Shown here piece after piece: positions 56,569-64,000 of a stretch of DNA of 64,000 nucleotides (position 1 is its first letter; each line of letters begins with the position of its first letter). The stretch comes from Schizochytrium sp. TIO01 (Eukaryota > Protista > Bigyra: Labyrinthulomycetes). The stretch spans positions 2,108,001-2,172,000 of the forward strand of contig SMSO01000004.1 of the NCBI GenBank assembly GCA_004764695.1, in the 5' to 3' direction. The position numbers and the translations under genes were made by a program. Below the pieces are notes generated by a model. That model did not search any database. It worked only from the letters and a program-made list of their open reading frames with translations, and was not told the DNA's origin.

Positions 56569-57705
56569 ATGCAGGCACTCAACATGATGATGATTGTGGT
56601 GCTGATCACCCTCGCCACGCTTGCACGGGCATACGAGCTCAGCGAATGCAGCACATCCGATATGAAAACCTTGGAGCTGGTTACTGACGAAAGTGATGAG
56701 GGTCACTCTGTCACGCTCAACGGGGAGCTCTGTGATGATCCAGACCGCGCCTGTAAGAAGCAGACCACCGTGAAATGCGCAAATGTTACAGCGCCTGAAG
56801 GTGGATACTACAATGCTCACACATTCTACGTGGACTACACCGAGGAGTACGCAGAGGCTAAAAATATCACCTCTGATATGGACACCTCTGAGGGTCGTCG
56901 TTTGTACACGTCGAGTACAGGCTCCATCTTGGCATACGCCACTACCTACTACTACAAACTTCCTTACGGTGTGGATGCTTCTAATTGCAGTGATGCGAAC
57001 AACCTTTATTGCAAAATGTTCTACCCTAACTACGATGGCCTTACCATCGCACAGCGTGCTTGCGACGCTGCTGGCTCGGCATGTGAAGGGTATGGTATCT
57101 ATGAACCGTGGCAGCAGAACCCGTTCTACTGCTTGAAGAAGAAGCTTAACGCCACCAGCTACAACTCTGAAAAGCAGTCCCGTTACCCCGCGAAGCTATT
57201 TAAGCGGTACTCTGGATCATCTCTCACCGCGTTTTATGGATTTTTGAGCCTTGATACCAGTCTCATGCCTTCCAAGACATCTGTTCTCCGCTCTTTCTCA
57301 CCATCTGCCTTGTACTCTGAGAATGATTGCAAGTCTATGTGTGAGATTGATGACGATTGCAATGGCTACTCTATGAACTCGACATCTGGTTACTGCTCTT
57401 CCCTTTACACATCAACGAGCACTTCTGGTGGCGTTACAAATAATGATACATCTATCTCTTACTACCGTCAGTCGAAGAGCGCTACAGATTCGTTCTCTGA
57501 CTGTGAGCTCGACTCCAGCAAGTGCCCTAGCACTGGCATGTCAAGCGGAAACCTCGCTGCCACTATTGTGCTAAGTGTGGCTGGTGCTTTCACCATCCTC
57601 GGTGTTGGCTTTTTCATCCACCGTCGCCGTCAACGTGCACGTGCAACATCGGATTCTCAGGAGCTTGGTGTTTCGACTAGCCTCAAAGTGGGGGAAACGG
57701 CATAA
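56569..57705 (+). CDS. Type I membrane glycoprotein: signal peptide, Cys/Ser/Thr-rich ectodomain with PAN/apple-like units, C-terminal TM
   Basis: Hydrophobic N-terminus ending in ARA; C...C.....C.GY twice; several NxS/T sites; TM IVLSVAGAFTILGVGFFI followed by HRRR. Confidence 0.8.
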   Translation: MQALNMMMIVVLITLATLARAYELSECSTSDMKTLELVTDESDEGHSVTLNGELCDDPDRACKKQTTVKCANVTAPEGGYYNAHTFYVDYTEEYAEAKNITSDMDTSEGRRLYTSSTGSILAYATTYYYKLPYGVDASNCSDANNLYCKMFYPNYDGLTIAQRACDAAGSACEGYGIYEPWQQNPFYCLKKKLNATSYNSEKQSRYPAKLFKRYSGSSLTAFYGFLSLDTSLMPSKTSVLRSFSPSALYSENDCKSMCEIDDDCNGYSMNSTSGYCSSLYTSTSTSGGVTNNDTSISYYRQSKSATDSFSDCELDSSKCPSTGMSSGNLAATIVLSVAGAFTILGVGFFIHRRRQRARATSDSQELGVSTSLKVGETA

Positions 57706-58134
57706 GCTCCCTGTTTTTCCACGTTTTTTTTTTTAAAAATGAATTTGAGAATCCACAAATACGTTTCTGTTGCTTCTAGATCTGCCATAAAAAACAATGC
57801 AATCGATGTTCTAATCCCTACATTTCTCTTCATCTTCAGTTTTGTTTTTGCATCTTGAGTTATCCAGTAAATGGCATATTTGAGTTGCAAACTCTTTTAC
57901 ATTAAGCTGGGGGAGCTAAAGTAAGGCACAGCCCCCATTTTAATATTTTTTTGCATTCGTTAAATGTGTTCAAGTGAGCTCATTCTAAGTGAAGCAGGCA
58001 AGGCAGGGGATGTGCAAAGTTAAAAAACAAAAGAAATCAAACTTGAGAAGGTCTACAATGTCAACTAAAGGCTTGGAAATTGCTGAGACAAAGTGCTTTC
58101 GAGATAGTTCACATAATAATATATATCCTCCAAG

Positions 58135-59275
58135 CTAGAATGGGCTCCCGGGAAGATCTCTAGCCTTCTCAAGAAGACTTTGCTTGGATAGTTCATCACT
58201 TGTTGGTAATCCTTGAGCCTTTTGACGCTGATCAAACATCACCTTGCGAATAGCAGCTTGAGTAGATTCATCATACTCATCAATGTTCTTGGTGGAATCA
58301 ACCTGTGTTGTGTCGATCTCTGGTTCGCCTTTAAGAATGGAATCCCACCAAGTCTCCCTCGTTTTTGCAAGAGAAATGACTAGTGTAGAAGTTCCCGTTT
58401 CCACTGACCAAAAACATTCTTCTGGTTTTACCCGCTCGGGATTAGGGTACGCGCCTTCGAGCAATACTTGACCTGATGTTTTAAGCGCCACGCGCAATTT
58501 TGATGCCTGCAAGCTACACTCGATCTGTTTCGCCTCGGTCCCTTGGGGAATATTCAGATGAATTGTTAATTCCTCAAGAGTCTGGCTCCAGTGGTAACGA
58601 TCCGTCACACCGCCATTTCCAGCAAAAGGAATTTGTTTACCTTTATCGTTCAAACGGATTTGATTGACGAGATCCTGTAGTTCTCCATTTGTTTCTGCAA
58701 CCTGTGGCGTCTGCGATGTCTTCTGCTTTGCAGGCTCTGCACTCGGCGAATTCGAGGAAATTTTATTTCCTGGACTGCTCGTCTGTGGTTTTGCTGTCCG
58801 AGACAGGGGTTGCTGTACCACCGAGGGGTGCTTCTTGGTTTTGGTTTCCTTTGTAGGAGCAAGGCCTTGACCCTTTTCGTGTACAGAAGAAGGGACGTTT
58901 GCAGTTTGGTCTTCTTGTGGGCTTCTCAATGTTCCGTCGAGGTTTTTATACGGTAATGACCGGAAGGTCTTGAGTACCTGTATTAAGACACCAACACATT
59001 CAAACAATTTGTCAGTTTATCCCATCTTACATCGTTGAAGCAAGTACTTGAAAAGTTGGGAAGGGTACATTGCGTCAGATCTGGAAATATATTCTTTTGC
59101 TTACCATATTTTCCGCAACACCTTGGCGAAATCCCATTTTGGCTTCGCGTACGTCATTTGGGATAACGCAATAAAAGTCCGTGCGTCTGTGCAGGAACTC
59201 GAAGAATCCTTTTAGCAGCGGCTCAACGCCGCCTGCCCTCTGAGCAGCCGCCATGAAGGCTGCATCGAGCTCCAT
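58135..59275 (-). CDS. NudC-family co-chaperone (NudC-N plus CS domain), 2 exons (59275-59105, 58977-58135), 337 aa
   Basis: FFEFLHRRTDFY..GF..GVAE; NGG....Y.WSQTL.E; WW..IL.GEPEIDT; IRKVMFDQRQK..GLPTSDE. Intron GTAAGC..CAG is phase 0. Confidence 0.93.
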
Positions 59276-60489
59276 CCTGTCTCAGCAAGCTCTAACTACT
59301 CCGCGAAAGTACTACGTATCAGACAACCTTCACTTGAGCTTATCTTTTGGAACAGCTGATATGTCGCAGTCGCTTAGTGTCAGTGGAGTTGCTTTGATTG
59401 TTGAAGAAGCGCAACCTTGACCAAATCCACGATCGTTCTCTACAACGCCTTATCTTCGAGTAAGTAAACAGAAAAGAAAAGAATAGAATAGAAACCTGAG
59501 GTTACCCTTCTCCCAGACAAGTACTCTGTTATTTTCCTTTCGTGACAGCATCTTTTCCAAACTTCTGCTCCACCTGTACATACACGAGCGTTTTTACAGA
59601 AACAACCCTCCTGCACATCATCTCATATACATTGTTGAAATTCCCTGCCCAATATCATCGCAATATCAAATCAACAATACATGGCAGTTTGTCTATAAAG
59701 GCATGGTCATTCATTCCCGCACTTGCTGATGCCCGTTCGCTCGGATGACGTCGATCGACACCATTTAGACGCCGTGTAGCACAACACAACTTGAAATGCC
59801 ACTGCTATTCCGTCTCTTCGTACTCACCATGAGATTTGTCAAAAGCCAGCGAGCGTCTTTTCTGACTTGGAGATGATTGTCAATGAATGAATGAATGAAT
59901 GAATGAATGAATGAATAACTGCGATGGCTTTCGCAGAGTTCCCGGAGCGTTCTGGGGCTCCTCTCTCGAGATGGCATGAATGATTATGTAGTATGACCCA
60001 GAAGCGATTGAGCGAGCAAGCCTCCATATGATTGTTTCGCTGCAGGCAAAGCGAGGCTTGGTGGCTGTCAGGGTGGTCGTTCACCAAGTGTAGCGGCGGT
60101 GGCGCTGCTCGGATGGCCGTGCTCCGTATTTCTGTCTGGGCTGGTGATCTTGCCGCATTACAATAGATTGCATTGCATTGCATTCAATGGAGAGCCTATG
60201 CCTAATTGTAGTAGAAGCAGCACTAGTCATTGAATGCTTTGCAATTTTCTTTTAAAAGAAAGAAAAAAGAAAGATGGGGATAAATGAATGAATGAATGAA
60301 TGAATAATGAATGTCCTATTTGTCGCAGAGAATAACTTCACTGAGTTTACAATGGGTTATTTTCTACAAATGAGCTTGAGCGCCGCCTTGTTCTAAGTGG
60401 ATCCTCCACCCACTGGCGCTTCCAAAGCCTGTTTGTTTGTCTGCTCGCCAGCCTCCGGCTTTGCCGAACGTGTGCAAGCCTTTTTGCTT

Positions 60490-60528
60490 TGCTCTGCTCT
60501 GCTCTGCTCTGCTCTGCTCTGCTCTGCT
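60490..60528. repeat. (CTCTG)n pentanucleotide repeat upstream of glutamate 5-kinase
   Basis: Direct read. Confidence 0.9.
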
Positions 60529-60617
60529 CCAGGCGTTTTGGGCTCTAGCAGCAGAAAGAGAGCTTGGCAGGATCCCTGGAGGTGGAGCAGCTAAGCTTGA
60601 TCTAAAAGTTTTGCGCA

Positions 60618-61970
60618 ATGGCAACCATGGCGTCTCTTGCTGGTGCAACTCGTCCTGACGGAGGCCCTCTCCGCATTGTTGTAAAAATTGGTACCTCCAG
60701 CGTGCTTCAGGAAGGCACTAGCGGCGCCACGCAGCTCGCACTTGTGCATCTTGCCACCACTGTCGAAGTGCTCTCCAAGCTTCGCGATATGGGCCATGAT
60801 GTCGTTCTCGTGTCTTCAGGAGCCGTCGGCGCAGGATGCCAACGTGTTGGATTTCGCGAGAGACCTTCTGTTCTTGCTACACGTCAGGCACTCGCAGCAA
60901 TCGGTCAGGTCCACATTGTGGCCAAGTACGATGTTTTGTTTTCGTCTCTAGGTCATCAGTGCGCCCAAGTCCTACTCACGTACGAGAACTTCTTGGATCG
61001 CGTGCAATTTCTTAACGCCCGCAACACATTTGAAGAGCTATTTCGCATGGGTGCTATTCCGATCGTGAACGAAAATGACCCTGTGGGAATTCAGGAGATC
61101 AAGGCTGATAACGACAAGCTTGCGAGCATGGTAAGCAACATGATTGGTGCTGATTTGGTTTTCCTCATGACAGATGTCAACGGAGTCTACACTGCTAACC
61201 CCCGCACAGACCCGGATGCCAAGCGCCTTGAGCTTGTGAGCGATTTTGATGCCTTACGTGCTACGTGCAAACTTGGCAATGGAGATGATTCCGAATGGGG
61301 TACAGGAGGCATGGCTGCTAAGATCTCTGCAGCAGCACTCGCCACATCGCTTGGTGTGCGCACGGTCATCATGCACGCTGACGACTGCTCCAGGATTCCC
61401 TCTTATGTAGAAAAGGAGGTCATTGAAAAGACCAACCGCCGTAAGGGTAAGCCTGTGGCTGATGCCAAAGAGCGCTTTGATTTTGGCACCACCTTCGAGC
61501 GTAGCTTGCACCCTCCTCGTGAACGTAAGCGCTGGATTCGTAGTCTGCAGCGCCGTGGTACCATTACGGTTGATGACGGTGCTCGTAAGGCCGTGCAGAA
61601 CCGTAAGACCCTTTTCGCTGCCGGTGTGGTCTCTGTTGAAGGCAACTTCACCTCTTTTGAGTCTGTGGCTATTGTTGACCGTAATGGAGTTGAGATTGCC
61701 TATGGCTTGTCCAGCCTCAACTCCAGTGATGTGCGCCAAGTCATTGGTCTTCAGTCTGAACAGATTTATGAGCTTCTTGGACAGTCTGGAGTCATCATTG
61801 AGCGCGAGAACATGGATGTTTTGCTGCCCAAATCTCCTAGCCGTGAGGGTATCAATGACCAGGCTGGTACCGCCGACATTTCCAACGCTGATGCAGAAAC
61901 CGAGGTTGTTTCTGATTCCGGCAGCCGTGACGAAACCTTTGCATCTTTCGTGCCCTCAGCTGCCTTTTGA
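60618..61970 (+). CDS. proB: Glutamate 5-kinase with PUA domain (monofunctional, ProB/PRO1 type)
   Basis: RIVVKIGTSS, VSSGAVGAG, AAIGQ, IPIVNEND, DNDKL, GTGGM..KI.AA; PUA region RKRWI..G.ITVDDGA, GV..VEGNF. Confidence 0.96.
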   Translation: MATMASLAGATRPDGGPLRIVVKIGTSSVLQEGTSGATQLALVHLATTVEVLSKLRDMGHDVVLVSSGAVGAGCQRVGFRERPSVLATRQALAAIGQVHIVAKYDVLFSSLGHQCAQVLLTYENFLDRVQFLNARNTFEELFRMGAIPIVNENDPVGIQEIKADNDKLASMVSNMIGADLVFLMTDVNGVYTANPRTDPDAKRLELVSDFDALRATCKLGNGDDSEWGTGGMAAKISAAALATSLGVRTVIMHADDCSRIPSYVEKEVIEKTNRRKGKPVADAKERFDFGTTFERSLHPPRERKRWIRSLQRRGTITVDDGARKAVQNRKTLFAAGVVSVEGNFTSFESVAIVDRNGVEIAYGLSSLNSSDVRQVIGLQSEQIYELLGQSGVIIERENMDVLLPKSPSREGINDQAGTADISNADAETEVVSDSGSRDETFASFVPSAAF

Positions 61971-62600
61971 TCTTTGTCTTTGTCTTTGCGCTTTCTTTGA
62001 GCTTATACTCTGTCTTCACTTGTATCAACAGAGTTGTCACTGTTGACCACAAAAATCCATCAGTGTTTGCTTCTTTGCATATTTCTCCTGCTGCTGAACA
62101 TGCTGATACCTCTGTTGTTGTTTTACTGCATCTCGTGACTACTTGTCTGTCTGCCTACTTGCTCGCTTTCTTTGCGGAAGCACCAAATTTGCTCGTCGCT
62201 GTGAATACTGAATGGCCACAATTTATAAAAAGAAAAAAGAAAAAGAGAAGTACTTTGAAGAAAATGCACTGGGCTTTCCCTCACACGTGAATGAAAAGGA
62301 TGAATGTTCTCTGAACAACGCTCTAGCTACAGAAGACAATATTGAAATAATTCTTCCACCCGTGTACCCCGCACTACACCAATAAGATGTTCTACCTACT
62401 TGTGAGGTTTGCTTGCTAGGCCTTGCACTTCCTAAACCAACCAGTAGAATTGAAATAAAACCCACGATGTCAGTTTGTTTTCCTTTGTTTACTGCTTTGC
62501 AAGTATCTTCATCACTTCCGCCTGAGCCCCTTCGTTTAGGTTATTGTCTACCCCTAGAACTTCAGTTGAGCTGTTTTTGTATTATCTAAATCAGAAAGGC

Positions 62601-62720
62601 CATTTCCCTTTTCAAACGCTAATGATATGACCTCTGGCATTAAAAAAATAATATATGTGGAACCCGTCTCGTCCACCACCCACGAGTACCATCATATGTG
62701 CGAGGGCATAGAAGTTTCAC
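62601..62720 (+). pseudogene. Possible dCMP deaminase C-terminal scrap
   Basis: HFP(F) then, after a frameshift, SGIKKIIY..GIEV (cf. HFPCxxCxKxxxQxGIKKIxY). No HAE motif upstream. Confidence 0.3.
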
Positions 62721-63199
62721 CCTGTAGAATCGACTCTAACAGACACGTGACTAAAAAATCTTGCCCTACAAAATTAGAGATTACGACTGAATCTCTTGAA
62801 ACTTCAGTCTAAGTGAAAGGGACTCATGATTATTGTGCAAAGTTGATTTCATGTTTTCGTCAATGGCTTTGCATGTATGGCTTGTCAGCAATTTAATTAA
62901 ATATGACTAAAGAAATTCATAATGTTGATTCGCGAAAAACGTACTCTCTCAACCTGTTTTAACATAGTAATTGATGATTGCAGGATAGAATACATCATGT
63001 CTTACGTATAGTTTTGTTCTCAACTCTGCCATGAATCAATCCAAGTCGTGTTTTCTATTTTAAATTATTTTCTCAGGAAGATACCTAGCTAGGTGCCTAG
63101 GCACTATTTTTGTCTTCCTCATTTTATGAACGGCGCTAGATACCAGGTACCTAGTGCCAGCTGACCATTGTTGTTGGTAGGTACTTGCAGTGGTAGGGA

Positions 63200-63800
63200 C
63201 TATCTCTGTTCCCAATCCAGATCTGATATTGTGTTCCTTTACAGGGCCACGTGCTTGTAATGTCTTCCATCATGATAGGACTTTTCCATGTGTCGCAGTC
63301 TCCAGCATGCCTACTTTCGAACCAATACTAAGATTATCGCATGCTCGCCTTTCTCACCCTACCAAATCGGTGGTTGCTGCCATTTGGCCGAAGCAGAAGA
63401 GCCTCAGTGCTGACGTGGCTAGTCAGTTCGCCAGAATGGCCATGAACCACGCACGATGATTTGCACCGTCATTCATCCGCTTTGTGCCAAGAGGTCACGT
63501 TCGTTAGTTCCGGCTCGCCAAGCTTGCGTTCACGTGGGCCACCCCTGAATTGCATATTTTGCACAGATCGAACACCTTTCCCATTCTCGCTTAAGTCCCA
63601 AGCCAAAGCTTCTCTAACTATCACAGACGGATGATTCTGGTAAAGGCCAGATTTCATATCACCACGAATTGCGAGAGCGTTACCTCACCTTGGAACGAAT
63701 TAATTCGACGAACTTTTGCTCAACCAGTCCAGGACCCTCGTGGTGTTATTAACGCACAAATGTTCTGCATCGGGCCACGAACTGCTAGCGGACCAGGACC
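63200..63800 (-). mobile_element. Decayed reverse-transcriptase relic (LTR/DIRS-like)
   Basis: GDMKSGLYQ.....REALAW (~63663-63598; cf. DLKSGYxQ...R...AF), then NMQFRGGP (cf. MPFG...P). In-frame stops on both sides; YxDD not recognisable. Confidence 0.45.
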
Positions 63801-64000
63801 ACCCATGCATACATGATCGTGCCTCACGATCACTATCGTTATCGCCACAGGTACGACCATCATCACCATCGAATGCGTGAACTTTTAGAAGTCACGATGA
63901 CAACTTTTAACTTATACAAAGTACCTACTATAGTAGATCCATATATATGGTGTCATACTACAAATGAGTGAGCGAGTGAGTGAGCGCTCTCGACACCGCG

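Noticed and set aside
22534-61970. Functional cluster for osmotic or membrane-tension response (OSCA, SIN1, glutamate 5-kinase)
   Set aside because: The genes are far apart and interleaved with unrelated housekeeping genes; nothing exceeds chance.
62341-62395. IEIILPPVYPALH resembling the Tc1/IS630 LPPYSPxLNPIE motif
   Set aside because: A single short motif with no other DDE residues or TIRs nearby.

Overview
Eukaryotic nuclear DNA, intron-poor, with GT-AG introns and (GAAT)n/(CTTT)n microsatellites. Gene content and style suggest a stramenopile, probably a thraustochytrid/labyrinthulomycete (inference). About 13 intact genes are supported: a 3955-aa VPS13, NHP2, a KAxxxLG-repeat protein, an OSCA/TMEM63 channel, a spliced 3xHMG-box protein, SIN1, a tandem-C1 protein, a spliced Ca3427/THI5-like binding protein, an NDUFAF8-like protein, COQ9 with an extra C-terminal domain, a Cys-rich surface protein, NudC and glutamate 5-kinase. 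The long intergenic stretches hold decayed coding relics that the ORF track does not reveal: a divergent, possibly viral ribonucleotide reductase R2 apparently broken by a local inversion, a hAT-like transposase, a reverse transcriptase and a dCMP-deaminase-like scrap. Some relics show a CTA/TAG excess suggestive of targeted C-to-T mutation. No rRNA, tRNA or CRISPR-cas locus is seen. All homology calls are by eye from motifs; no searches were run.
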